NCBI RefSeq assembly: GCF_009914755.1
Contig: NC_060928.1
Source of the DNA: the human T2T-CHM13v2.0 reference genome, Homo sapiens
Direction: 5' to 3' (one strand)
DNA: 64,000 bases
Below, piece by piece: positions 1-12,927 of the stretch. The position numbers were made by a program, and so were the translations under genes. Under the pieces are notes generated by a model. That model worked only from the letters and a program-made list of their open reading frames with translations, searched no databases and was not told where the DNA came from. The stretch's first letter is position 1. Each line of letters opens with the position of its first letter.

Positions 1-92
1 CCAAAACTGGTATTTTAAAAGGAGAGTGAAAATATATTGGGCAATTTAAAGAAGTTATTTGAAACACACAAGTTTGAAAAGCTTTTGATATA

Positions 93-172
93 TTAGGTTG
101 GGGCAGAAAGTAATTACGGTTTTGCCATTACTTTTAATAGTAAAAACATCAATTGCTTTTGCACCAATCTAA
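93..172. mobile_element. MADE1 (Hsmar1-derived mariner MITE)
   Basis: 80-bp palindrome TTAGGTTGG...CCAATCTAA matching MADE1, flanked by TA duplications (91-92, 173-174). Confidence 0.9.
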
Positions 173-268
173 TAAATTTGCTCAACTAATCAGGCTTTGT
201 TTTAAATCTTTGTTTTGAAGTTACTTACAGAAAACCTAATTTTTAAGAAAAATTTCCACATTAATATC

Positions 269-435
269 AGCAGTGGTAAATCCTACTTTATGCTTTGCGG
301 GGCACATATAGTCTCTGTCCTTATATTTTGTTGTTGTTTTAAAGAACCCTTTAAAAACATAAAAACTATTCTTAGCTCAAGGCAAAAAAAAAAAAAAAAA
401 AAAAAAAAAACTGGCTACAGTTTGCAGACTTCTGC
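269..435. mobile_element. hAT-Charlie MER58-like fragment
   Basis: CCCTTAAAAACATAAAAACTATTCTTAGCTC ... AGTTTGCAGAC resembles MER58; interrupted by an A-run. Confidence 0.5.
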
Positions 436-502
436 TCTCCAGAACAGGTACTTTTTCTTTATATATAAAAAAAAAAAGCGGAATGGTGCTCTAAAACAGC
501 GA

Positions 503-576
503 TGAGCTAAGATTGCACCACTGCACTCCAGCCTGGGCAAAAAAGTAAGACCCAGTCTCAAAAAAAAAAAAAAAAA
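503..576 (+). mobile_element. Alu 3' fragment
   Basis: TGAGCTAAGATTGCACCACTGCACTCCAGCCTGGGC...GTCTC followed by poly(A). Confidence 0.85.
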
Positions 577-624
577 TTCCGATATATGGCAACAAGTTTC
601 ATCATCATCTTTTTAATCCAGCCA

Positions 625-940
625 CTTGTGTAAGTCATTGAGCACCTTTGTGCCTCAGTTTCTTCATCTATAAAATAAGGGGTTAGGATGGATCAGTGGT
701 TTCCAAACCACACATAGAGGAAGCCTGGGGCTCTCGGGCAAGGTTGGGCTCTATGGACCCACCCCCAGCTCTCACCCCAGCACACACCCAGCCTGCACAG
801 CCCTGCTTTGTCTTTGATCTTTTCTACATAGTGGAGCTCTCCATAAAGACAAGGAAGGGTTCCACCTATTTTGTTTTGTTTTGAAAGCCACTGTTTTAGA
901 TGACCTCAGGGATCCTCCTGGTGCAAATCCTCTATGAATC
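625..940. mobile_element. MIR interrupted by a hAT-type MITE (~695-893)
   Basis: MIR core TGCCTCAGTTTCTTCATCTATAAAAT; insert bounded by TIR-like CAGTGGTTTCCAAA / TTTGAAAGCCACTG; MIR tail resumes afterwards. Confidence 0.55.
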
Positions 941-1024
941 CACTTTGGGTCATCAGTCATTATCCAATCATCTTACTGGGGACTAAGTGTCAGGTAAATA
1001 GAAATGATTTAAAATCCTATATTG

Positions 1025-1320
1025 AGCCAGGCACAGTGTCTCACACCTATAATCCCAGCACTTTGGGAGGCTGAGGTGGGGTATCACTTGAGGCCAGGAG
1101 TTTGAGACCAGCCTGGGCAACATAGCAAGACTCCCATCTCTACAAAAAGTTTAAAAATTACCCAGGACTGGTGGCATACTCTAGTACCAGCTACTTGGGA
1201 GGCTAAGGTGGGAGGATCACTTGAGACCAGTAAGTGGAGGCTGCAGCTGATGATCACACAACTGCACTCCAGCCTGGACTATAAGAGTTAAGATCCTGTC
1301 TCAAAAATTAAAATAAAAAC
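1025..1320 (+). mobile_element. AluJ
   Basis: Full dimer with J-type features; 15-bp TSD AAATCCTATATTGAG at 1012-1026 and 1321-1335. Confidence 0.92.
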
Positions 1321-2889
1321 AAATCCTATATTGAGTATTTAAAAGAGGAGAGGCAAAAACAAGAAAGATCTTATCCTAAGGGACCACCCGTACTTGTTCA
1401 GATTTGTGGAAATTCACTGGACAGCCAAATCAAGAGAGTTCCCAAGTCCCACATATACTCATGAAAGGGAGAGCTCATTCCTGCATCACTCTGCTTAGAG
1501 CACTGGGAAAAGCAGAATGCTTTAGCAAAGGAAGGACCACTGAGCTGAGACTCAGAGACCTGGTTCCACTTTGAATTTGGAATTTACCAGCTATATAACT
1601 TCTGATGTTTATTTAACAAAAATTGAAAACCCTACTATAAACAAGCTCTTAGACATGGTATGAGGAATACAGTGATGAACCAGAAATATGAAGAATGCTC
1701 TGTCCCCCACTACTGAAATCCATCATCCATAAAGTAGGGTATTAATACTGCTCTCTCTCCCATACATGGTGGTCCTGCCAAGATGGCCAAGTACATGTAA
1801 ACTGCAAAGCATGGATAACATTAAACCAGAAACCTGTAGATTCTCCTCCTTTTAAGTAAATAAATATAATCAACTCCAACAATTCACTAATATTGGTGAA
1901 ATAGGGCCACAATAAGTTTTGTATAGCAGAAAATCTATTTATACAGCATGAAACAGCATGGCAAAATAGAAAGGGCACAAGCTTTGGAACCAGACACTCC
2001 CACTCGAATCTTATCCTGCTATACACTAGGCCCACCTGAAGTCTACAAGCACCTTCTCCTGTTTAGAGTATAAGATACTAATATCTGCAATTGTACAGGG
2101 CTATGTAAAGGTAAATTAGCATTACATAAGTAAAGCACCTGGCACAGAGTTGACGCTTAGTGAATAATAGCTTTCCCTTTTTCCCAGGCACCTAGAAATC
2201 TCAAATGAGAAAACATTATGTTTTAAAGAGGACGGCTTACCTCAGAACTGTTGATATTGTTACCCAGCTCTATATCATAATCACCCCAACCAAAGAAGAC
2301 AGGAAACTTCTGGTTGTTATGACCATGGAATCCAGATGCAGAATATGCCCAGTCATCAGGAAAATCTGACGGTCTTGGCACAGTTTGAGGACAGAAAGAG
2401 AGCAACAGCCAATAGCTGAGGGGAGACTCCACAGTCTGGAATGTGCCACAGACTTCCAACCACAAAAGTTCTCTCTTGCACTTAGACGGTGGTATCCCCT
2501 GCAGCATACGCCACGGCCTCTGCTCTTCTGGGCAAGTCTCCTCAGGAAGGGAGGAGAAGCATGTGACTCCCTCCAGTCATCTCCAGGCTACATTCACGCG
2601 AATGTCCAGGGTACTGTTCATCGCCTCCTATACCCAGCCCGGGACAATTTAGGCAAATCGTTTTCTCATTTTTGAAAGAGGAAGACAGCAGGAGATGGTC
2701 TCTAAAGTCCTTTCCACCTCTAAAACCCTTTGGTTCTGTGACCCAGTCTTAACTTCTTTGTTTATTCATTCAGCAGTGTTTATGAAACACCTATGGGATT
2801 CCCCCCTTCTTAATTTCATTCATTTCTTCATTCAACAATATTAATAGAACATCTCCTATTTCTTGGATTCTGTGACCAGCTCTTTACTT

Positions 2890-3740
2890 CTCCCTTCATT
2901 CATTTATTCAGCACTATTTATTGACCACCTACTATAATCAGTTACTGTTATGTGCAAGAATGTACAAAAATGAATAAGAAAGTCCATGCCCTTTAAAAGC
3001 TCACAGTCAATAAGAACATCGACTAGTAAGGAAGTATACTATGCACACAAAGTTATTATGATAGAGCTATGGGAACCAGGGGAGGAGACGCCTAATTCTA
3101 CCCAGCATGTGGGACAATGCAGGAGGGGAAGCAGGAAAGGCTTCTCAGAGAACTGAGTGTTGCAGGCTAAGTAGGAGGTTATCAGGCACATAAATGAGTT
3201 GAAGATATTTCAGAAACAGAGAAAAGAATACGCCAAGAAAAGGAGGTATAAGTATGATTTGCAGAACAGATAGTTCAGTACGAATAAAACAAGGAGTATA
3301 CAACATGGCAGAGGAAAGGGGCTTAGATGACAAAGCATCTTCTAGATTTGCTTCTTGGCAAAGTCTAGAAGTCCAGACTTTATCCTTTTAGAAAATGCCT
3401 AAAAGATCTTAAATAGGATTATCTGGATTACATGAGTGTTTTAGAAAGTCTGCCATGGTGGCAGTGTGGAGACTGGATTACAGAGGCAGGGGTTGGGGAG
3501 GGGAGAGGTGAGACTCAGGCAAAAAAAAAAAAAAAAAAAAAAAGAGGTCAGCTGGCAACCATTTCAATTCTCTTTGAGAAAAAATATGAGTGTAAACCAA
3601 AGCAGTGGCAGGGGGTGGGCATGATTTATTCTAGAGATATTTGGGAAGCAGAACCAACAAAACTGGGTGGGGAAGAAATTCAATGAGGGGAGGAAAAGGA
3701 AGGGGGTGGCATTTGGATTACACTCAGGTTTCTGTCTCAG
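2890..3740 (-). mobile_element. L2 (diverged)
   Basis: TTCATTCATTTATTCAGCA tail, TTTATTGACCACCTACT and typical purine-rich antisense L2 body. Confidence 0.65.
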
Positions 3741-4285
3741 ATGAGTGGGTTCATGGACAATGAGGACAGCAACCCAGAAAAAGAAGACACGAAGACCAGA
3801 AATACTCCTAATTCCCCAAGACTGGAAATCTTAGTCATCTCTTCTTTGCTACCATGCAGTCTCCAAGATAAATCATGCTGGACCAAGGCACTCACTGGAG
3901 TTCTCCTCCAACAGGGGTTCCAGGAAATCATAACAGGTACCAGGATAAATATGGAGCATCTTCACAGACCAAAACTGATACATACATATTTACAAGAAAC
4001 AAAGGTAATTTGACTGATGAGTTATTGAAAACATTACTTTTAGTCTAAACCAACAGATATACAGTATAATGCACATTGTAAGATAATTCAAAGATACATC
4101 AAGGAAATCTCACAGAAGCTGTGAGAACCGTTGTGAGTTTAGGATTCCCCATCTTCAGGATTCTTTGCCTTTTGGGGTCTTTGGTGAAAATATTCAAAGT
4201 GCTACATTATAGCATTACCTAGTAAAGCTGAAGACGCACATGCACCAAGATGTGGCATTTCCATTACTATGTAGACAACTTAGAG

Positions 4286-5975
4286 TAGTGGTTCTCAAAG
4301 TGTGGTGTGTGGACCCCTATGTGTCTCTGAGACCCTTTCAGGGATCCTCAAGATCAAAACTGTTTTTATAATAATACTAAGCTATCATTTGCCCTTATTA
4401 CTCCATTGACATCTGTAATGATGATACAAAAGCAATGACGGGTAAAACTATTGGGACCTTAGCTTGAATCACAGCAACAGCAATAAATCATACTGGTAAT
4501 GATTTCATTCTTCACTGCTGCACATATTTAGAAAACTAACACACAAACACAAAAACAAAACCAAGGAGAAAAGCCCTGCCAGTTTCACTTAAGAATGTCT
4601 TTGATGAAGCAGTAAAAATTATTTTCATTGAAGACTGACCCTTGAGTAAACATCTTTTTAATAACACATGTAATGAAATACATGCATAAAGCACTTCTGC
4701 TATCACCAAAGTACGGTGGCTGTCTCAAGGAAAAGGACATGTGTGACTGAGTTAAGAGCCGAACTAGCCAATTTTTCCTTGAACATCACTTTTAATTGAA
4801 AGGATAACTGACTATGGTCATTCAAGTATCGGTATTTGGCAGACTCTTCATTGGAAATGAAAAGTAAGACTGATACTTCAAGGAAAAACTGACAGTGTTT
4901 GTTGCCAACAATAAAATTCAAGCTTTCAAACAAGAATTAAAATTTTGGAAAACATGTATCTTACACTGTGAATTTGACAGCTTCCCAATACGGTCCTTAA
5001 ACACCTTTCAGATAACATCAGTGTTGATATTAATATTTTTTTTATATTTTATAACAAAATGTGTCAACATTTGGTAGATCTACATAACTCAGTGAACCAA
5101 TATTTTCCAAATGTCCAACACAAGATGTTCTATGCACATTGATCCATTCAAAGCACAAGAGAGACCAGTAGATTTTAATGCTTCAAAATATGAAAAGTTT
5201 ATTGAAATGTTTTGATTAATCATTGCAACTAATCTTTAAGAAGCTATCTCTTTTTGAGTCTTGGTGTAATATCAATGAATATTCACAATTATCTGAAAAG
5301 ACTATTACATATTGGTGTGAAGTCAGATTTTCTTCAGATATGCCATCCAAAACATGTCACAGATTGAATGCAGGCCAGGTGCGGAGGCTCATGCCTGTAA
5401 TACCAGCACTTTGGGATGCCGAGGCAGGCGGATCACCTGAGGCCAGGAGTTTGAGACCAGCCTGGCCAACGTGGTGAGAACCCATCTCTATTACAAATGT
5501 AAAAAAAAAAAAAAAAAAAATTAGCCAGGCCCAGTGGCAGGCACCTGTAATCCCAGCTACTTGGGAGGCTGAGGCAGGAGAACCGCTTGAACCCAGGAGG
5601 CAGAGGCTGCACCACTGCACTCCAGCCTGGGCAACAGAGGGAGACTCCATCTCAAAAAAAAAGACTGAATGCCGTAGCAGATAGGAGACTCTCGTTGTCT
5701 TCTGTTAACTCAGGCATTAGAGATTTGCAAAAATATAAAATAATGCTACTCTTCTCACTAAATCTCTTTTGGAAAATATATTTTTATTAAAATATGCTAT
5801 TTATAGTTAACATGTAATGGGTTAGAATCAGTATTTTTAATAACATATTTAATTTGCCAGTTTTAATCTCTACCATGATATAGATAAATAGATACAATGC
5901 ATACGCACAAAAGGTTTTTGGAGTTTAGGGGTCCTGGTAAAAAGGTCCTAAAACCAAAATGTTTGAGAACCAGTG
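4286..5975 (+). mobile_element. Charlie1a (hAT DNA transposon), interrupted by an Alu
   Basis: TIRs TAGTGGTTCTCAAA / TTTGAGAACCAGTG; 8-bp TSD ACTTAGAG/TCTTAGAG; relic transposase-like peptide NKIQAFKQELKFWK (4895-5077). Confidence 0.85.
5372..5662 (+). mobile_element. AluS inside Charlie1a, with ~20-bp deletion in the right arm
   Basis: Alu dimer; TSD AGATTGAATGC/AGACTGAATGC; GAGGCTGC joins directly to ACCACTGCAC. Confidence 0.9.
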
Positions 5976-5983
5976 TCTTAGAG

Positions 5984-6460
5984 AAATTCACACTCAGGCT
6001 AAACTGATATGTACATGCATGTTCACGGCAGTGCTGTTCAAAACAGCAAAAAAAGTGGAAACAAAAGCAAACATCCATTGTGGTATGTTTCTACAGTGAA
6101 ATACTGGAGAGCAGTGAAAATGAATGTGCCAGAGCTACATGCATCAACATGGATAAATCCCAGAAAGGTAACCATTGAATGAAACACCAAGGTGCAGAAC
6201 ACACACTGTACACTAACACTGTTACACATCTCAAAGACAAGCAAAACTAAGCAATGTGGTAAAGTCCAGAGAAAAAACAAGAAAAACAATAAACAGAGAA
6301 TTTAGGGTAACTCTTAGGAGACAGGGAGCAGGAGAAGAATACACAAACAAGTTCAATAGCATTAAAACTAGTTAAACTGGGCGGTAGGTTTACAGATGTT
6401 TGTTGTCACTATGCTTTTCATTATATATGTATAGATGTTAGATATACTATTTTTTTTAAG
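5984..6460 (+). mobile_element. L1ME-type 3' end (its 5' part lies at ~4205-4285, split by Charlie1a)
   Basis: GCTACATGCATCAACATGGATAAATC and related old-L1 3' UTR motifs. Confidence 0.65.
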
Positions 6461-6964
6461 AGCACATATTATATCACCTTCAAAGGGAGACACAGCATTA
6501 GAACACTCCTTGCTGATTATTGAGGAACCAAAGAGGTAAGGGAGGGGTAAGAGGGGAGGGCAAGCCCTGGCTGAGTGTCTGCAGCACTGGCCCTGAGAAG
6601 CTGGTTTGAGGCAGGGCTCTCCCAACAGCCCCTTCAGGGGTCACATCCACCGCCATCCACCTGAGTTTGGTTTTTCAACAGCTCTGCCTACTTGAAAAGG
6701 CCACTTCTTCATTTAGGCCATCACCCTCCACCTCCATTTTTATCACTGTAAAAGAAACTACCACACCTCACAGTTGATTTTTGAGATGTAATCAAACCAC
6801 TAAATTTAGCAATCATAATCTCTTATCTGGGCCAACCCCTTCCATATTTTTCCTACTTCTTATCTTTACATTACTAATATGGCCCCTCTGGTTCAATGAA
6901 GTCCCTTATCTTAGTGTCTCTCACATAAATGAACTTTTGGTTTATTTTGCCCTGTTTTGGTTAA

Positions 6965-7328
6965 TGTATTAGTCTGTTACACACACTGCTAATAAAGACA
7001 TACCCGAGACTGGGTAATTTATGAAGGAAAGAGGTTTAATTGACTCACAGTTCCAAATGGCTGGGGAGGCCTCACAATCACAGTGGAAGGCAAAGGAGGA
7101 GCAAAGTCACATCTTACATGGCAGCAGGCAAGAGAGTGTGTGCAGGGGAACTCCCCTTTATAAAACCATCAGATCTCATGAGACTATTCACTATCACGAG
7201 AACACCACAGGAAAGACCCATCCGCATGATTCAATTACCTCGCACTAGATCCCTGCCATGACATGTGGGAATTATGCAAGCTACAATTCAAGATGAGATT
7301 TGGGTGGGGACACAGGAAAACCATATCA
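6965..7328 (-). mobile_element. THE1 (C/D-type) solo LTR, ERVL-MaLR
   Basis: TG...CA ends; GATGAGATTTGGGTGGGGACACAG signature; 5-bp TSD GTTAA/GCTAA. Confidence 0.9.
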
Positions 7329-7849
7329 GCTAATGACATTTCTTCTTCTTGGAATGTTCTCTCCTCTCTGCTCAGGATCTAAGTCCATCACTTCCTTGAG
7401 GATGCTTTATATGTCATTCCTCTTTGAGAATCTTTTACCCATCACACTTGCTCTGTGATTCCTCAAACATTTACCCATCTAACTGATAGTATATGGTCTT
7501 GCACTTGTTATCATATTGATTTGACTTATCCTCTGTGATTATTTCGTGTCAACATTTGAAAGAACTATCAGCAGAGGTTGCATCCTACAGAACTTCTGTG
7601 AGCCAGGTAAATGCTCAAAAGTTTTCCTTAATGAATGAGCACCAAGTGGGGGTTACAACTCTTAGCCAATCAAATTGTCACTGCTCTAACATGACACCAA
7701 GTCGCCACACACCTCTACTCCCAAAAGGCTCTCAATTCAGTATAGTGAAAGACGTGTTCCCCTGCTATGGGAACAGATTTCCAACTTTAAATAGAAACCA
7801 AGCAAAGCAGTACTTTAGAGAATTGTTTCCTGAAGTATTAAACAATTTT

Positions 7850-8550
7850 AGAGTTCAACGCTTCTCATCTCACCCCACATTACTTGAAGTCCTTAGAAAA
7901 TCACCCCCAACGGGTGGTTGAACCAGCTTCTTCATAAACACAACATCTGCTGTTTCATTTTTGGTTAGTTTTATTTATTCAACAAGTCTTATAAAATCAA
8001 ATGTATATTCCTTCTAACTTCTATCCTATTGGTCCTACTCTCTGTTTTCTGATTAGCACTTCATAAGTTTATGAAAATACTTTTCAAGCTGAATTTTAAT
8101 TATTTGTTTCCATCTCTTTCTCTGCTCACTTGTCTCTGAGCTCCTTGAGAGCAGGGACCATGCTCTATTCGGTTCCACAAATTCCCAATCCCTGACACAC
8201 TTTGCTCAATTAGTGCTGGTGAAATGAATGAATGAATGAACAAATGAAGTATCGGTTATCACACACAAGCTGAGAATTTAGGATGAATAACAATTTACTC
8301 CCTTTTTCACTTGAAAGAACTTCATATATTTGAATGTAGTGATCATGCACAATTTTTATCCACCCCCACTCTTAAGTATTCCCAATTGCCTCAATAACTA
8401 ATTTCTCATATGATGATTTCAAGAGCCTGCAACATTCTAGTTGCCTCCCTTCTTGTGAGCAGTTTATCAATTTCTCCCTTTAAATCAGTGCAACCAATCT
8501 GGGATTCAATACTATAGATGGGTTGAATCAGTTTGTAAGAGTGATGTTGC
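7850..8550 (-). mobile_element. L3/CR1 fragment with a nested L2 3' end (+, ~8055-8248)
   Basis: L3-like TAACTTCTATCCTATTGGTCCTA and CTTCATATATTTGAA on either side of the L2 tail GAGCTCCTTGAGAGCAGGGAC...TGAATGAATGAATGAA. Confidence 0.6.
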
Positions 8551-9533
8551 CACCCTTGTTCTGAATTCCATACTTAAATTCTTTTAGCCAACTATGCTGA
8601 AATGTACCAATTTTTCAAATAAAGGCCAAGTTTTAAATATTAATTGTTGATTAACAGTGGTTATCTCTGGGGGTGGAAGTTGGGATGAGGGGACTTTCAT
8701 ACTTAAGCATTATCGCATGAGTTTAATTATTTATACTAAGCATATACTACTTTTGTCATTAAAAGCCAATATCAATTTTTAAAAATAAATTAATAGTTAA
8801 TATTTGTGTTTTCTATGGTTTCAGCCTTATGGAGTACGCCCAAGTCATGTTTAAGCTTCTCATACTTTTTCTCTTCTTCTGCACATATTTTTTCACCTAT
8901 CAACAAGTATGTGAGTAGCCATTTGTGCACAGCACTTCTAACTACGATCTAGTAGCCAACCCAAACCCTACTTCTGGATTGTGAAATTTCTCTCTTTCTA
9001 TAAATGTCACAAAGCAGCTCACTGTAATTTGATTTCTCACTTTCTTAAGGTCAGATTAAAACCCAGTAAGTTATTATTTGAAGTTTGCCTTCCTCTAGAA
9101 GGGAGAAATCATATAGCACATTTCAGTAACGTTTCCTGGAGCGTAGGGTCTCCCACACTTTGTTTCCTCCCAAATACAGCTGTGTTTCATGCTCTAGAGA
9201 GGACTGTTGGGTTAACAAGTACGGCCAAACAAGTGCAGATTAGAAAACGCCGCCTAATTCTAGGCCATTACGCAAAGGCAGTGCTCTCCATATGGAGCAC
9301 ATAATTCAGGCCTCAGACAGTGTCACTGCATGTGACTCCGTTCTACTATTCTCTGCTTAGTCCCTGCTCTCAAGGAGCTCAGAGACAAGTGAGCAGAGAA
9401 AGAGATGGAAACAAATAATTAAAATTCAGCTTGAAAAGTATTTTCATAAACTTATGAAGTGCTGATCAGAAAACAGAGAGTAGGACCAATAGGGTAGAAG
9501 TTAGAAGGAAGATACATTTGATTTGATAAGACT
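7985..9533. repeat. 174-bp inverted repeat (arms 7985-8158 and 9360-9533, spacer 1201 bp)
   Basis: Manual alignment: 170/174 identical, no gaps. Confidence 0.95.
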
Positions 9534-10270
9534 GAGATGAACTCAGATCTTAAGTCTTTGAGGAGGGAAATACTATTGGCAGCAGAGGTTTTCATGAATC
9601 ATGGGGCCATCACGTTCCATCAACACCTAAGGGGTTCTCCTGTAGTGGAGAGGCTCTAAGCAATTTATAGTGGCCAAAACCATCTCCTTCAGGCTGTGAG
9701 ATCCCATGTAGATTTCACAGACCTACAGCTGCACTGTGTCTCAAGAGACCATCAAATGGTCCAGCCCTTGGTAGTGCTGACACTGGTGACTACAAGCTAA
9801 TTTCTTCCTTTCTCTGGGTCTGTGTCCACTTCTGTCCAATCAGTGGGAGAAGCAGCCCTTCCCTGCCCACCTCACAGGCAGATGATAAAGTGCTTCATGA
9901 AGAATAAAGCATAATACAAACAGAAGGTTTGAGTAATGTACTGTTTTCCGTTTTACATGATGGAGCTACTTAAGCACAGAGATGGTTAAGTGACTTGCCC
10001 AAGGTCACAAAGCCAGTGAAAAACCTTGGTGATGGGAGAGTTTAAGGGAGAAGACTGCAGTCTGTGTCTCCTGCCTACTGTAGATTCCTTCCATCAGTCT
10101 CTCTGGTTTCCAACCTCGAGGAGTTGCAGTCCATTACCCAGGTCCACGAGCTAATTTTAGGGTTTTAAGAGCCTGAAAAAATACCATCAATAAGCTGACC
10201 AGGCTCACCATCTCCTGTCTTTATTTTTGACTGAAATGATAACATCCCAGAGTGGGAGTTCTGGTTAGTT

Positions 10271-10441
10271 CAGGGGTCCTCAACTCGGGATTAAGCAAAT
10301 GAATCACATCACCCAGGGAGCTTTTAAAAAACGTTCATGCTCAAGCTCCACTCTGGGTCAATTCAACTTAAATCTCTGGGGGTGTTTGTATTTTTTAAAA
10401 ATCTCCCAGGTGATTCTAATACATCTGGTTGAGAACCACTG
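10271..10441. mobile_element. MER5A/B-type hAT-Charlie MITE
   Basis: CAGGGGTCCTCAAC ... CTCCCAGGTGATTCTAAT ... GTTGAGAACCACTG. Confidence 0.75.
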
Positions 10442-11804
10442 GGTTGGCTGATGGTGATCAGAAACTGACGGACAGCAATAGTTTTCCTTGACTAATTACA
10501 TAATACAGTTCAAGCAATCCTCAGTTGACATGAATTCACACCTCAAGTGTGTTAATATGGCCAGCATTTACTGTGCACATACCCTATGCCAGACACAAAT
10601 CTAAAATATCTACGTGTATAGGCTGACTTAGTCTCAGAGAACCTACAATGGTCTCCCACTTCACAAATGAGAAAAACAGGCAGATAACTGCAGTAACTCG
10701 CTTGTGTCACGGCTGCAATGTGGTGCTGCTAGGATAGGGATTACTATACGGCTTCTTGATACTGCCATCAAATGTGCTATACAACACCTGAGAGTCAGTG
10801 ATGAATGGAAAGATCAAAGAATGCTGGGGAATGCAGAACAGTTTCTAATCCAAACGCCTACAGGGATCAGGAGGTAAGATACCTGAGGGAGGTGGGCAGG
10901 TGTATATGCATATGGGGACATGGTGGCCGAGTGGCAGGAACTGTGGCAGACTGACGAGCACATGCCTGGGGAATGGAGACAGCCGCCACCGACTACAGCA
11001 GATTGCTGCCATGTGGGGAGGTGGGCCCAGTGCGAGTGACTCTTCCAAGTTTTCAAAGGAAGCTGGAAATTTGGATTTTTATATGAAACCTCCGATTTCC
11101 AAAATGTTGTCTCAAGTTTTTAAACAGTATCTGTGTGGGGCAAAACACATTACTATGGCACCAGCTTGTAACCTACGATATGATCTCTCTTTCCCACTGT
11201 GCTCACATATACACAACCCCATCCTTCATTTAAGATTCATTGCATGTATTCTCTTGATTTGGTTCTCTGTGATTAGAAACAGCAGACCCTGCCTTTCCTT
11301 CTTTCTGTGTAAATAAACTATTACCTATGTAACATATGGAACACCTAATATAAATTTCGTCTGTGTTACTCTAACCAGTGGGCTGCCTGTTGAACAGAAG
11401 AATAAATAAATATTTATGGAATACCTATTCTCTAATTTGAGTCTCACTCTAAGTGTCTAAAGGAGGATTTAGTATCCTCACTTTATAGTAAAATCTGGTT
11501 ATAATGCATATGATTATTACACAACTTAGATATAATTCAGGTCAAATCATATAAACAGAGAAACTCATTCCTGTAGTAAAAGCCTAATATAATATTGTTG
11601 GCCTATGAAACAAGTATTAGTCAAGCCCTACAATAATAGCCTTGTAAAAGAATTTTACCATATCATATTATTATTACTCACCACACTAATGAGATATATT
11701 GAGAAAAAAAAACCATAGAAACCACCAAAAAGTTCCAGGTCAGAAATACCTGTAATCTATTCACAATCTAAACAAACTGAAACACCTTTCACATACTTAA
11801 TAAT

Positions 11805-12065
11805 AAGTAATATTTATTAAGTCCTTTCTATGCAGCAGGCACTAATTAGGCATGATTTTGTGTATATGTATAATATTTACATTTGTATATGTATTCAATT
11901 ATTCCTTCTAATAGCTCTGTGATACAGAAACTATTACCACTATTTAAAGATGAGTAAAGTGGAGGACAGGGAAGATAAGCAATTTGCCCAAGGTCACACA
12001 GCTAGTCAGTGGCAAAGCTGGGCTCTGAACAGCCTGGCCCCAGAGTTTGTACGTTTGACTGCTGC
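11805..12065 (-). mobile_element. MIR (similar fragments at ~9945-10020 and ~10565-10740)
   Basis: AAGCAATTTGCCCAAGGTCACACAGCTAGT core. Confidence 0.75.
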
Positions 12066-12877
12066 CCTACGAACTTTGAAAGCACATGAATCCTGTTTCT
12101 ACTTTAGTTGTGCCATACACAGTAGACAAAGTTAAAGAGGGCACAGTCACAGATGATACTTTCTCCCTCTCATTACAAAACAACAACAAAAGCTTTTTAA
12201 AATACAGCACCAGACCACCTAAGATACTAGCACTATGTAACCTTAGAAACATCTATCACCCTCCACAAGCACAGTAGCTTGTTTCAAAAGCTCAGATAAG
12301 CAGAGTGCTACTGATCAATCATGTAAAAGATCATTTTTTCCTGGCCTTCTTCAGTCTCCTTTGAAGGCCAGCTTCTTCAGCACACTCAAAACAATTCACC
12401 CTGAGATCCACATCTCTCTCTCACCCCTTTTCTTTTTCCCTTCACATCACAATTCTAATGGGGTCTAACCACTTTTCCGACCCATGTAGAAATGACCAAA
12501 GAGAAAGAGATAGAGAGACAGGTTATTTTAGGGTTTGCTTTTTCAGGCCCTGGCCTCCAAGAAGGTCCATGCATTTCTTCCTTGCTGGTAGAGAAACTTG
12601 GTTGAATTAGGATTTTCTTAAAAACAGAAGCAAAGTGTATCTAAACCCTGGTCACTTAAGAACTCCAGAGACAGAACTTCAGTAGTAAAAGCTGTTTTTT
12701 ATAAGAAGGGAATGGACAGTCGGAAACAATATCCTTTTTAGGCACACTGAATTTGCTGCATTTAGTATAACCCTAGGTCAGACTGTGAAAGCAGAGTTGC
12801 TAAAGGCCACATTCTGACCTCAGATCGTGGGCGCGTATCACTGTGCATTTTATAAAATTAGCTACAGTGCAGCCTCT

Positions 12878-12927
12878 CTGTGTGTGTGCGTGTGTGTGTG
12901 TGTGCGCGCGCATGTGTGTACATGCAG
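12878..12927. repeat. (TG)n/(CG)n alternating purine-pyrimidine tract
   Basis: TGTGTGTGTGCGTGTG...GCGCGCGCATGTGTGTACATGCA. Confidence 0.9.
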
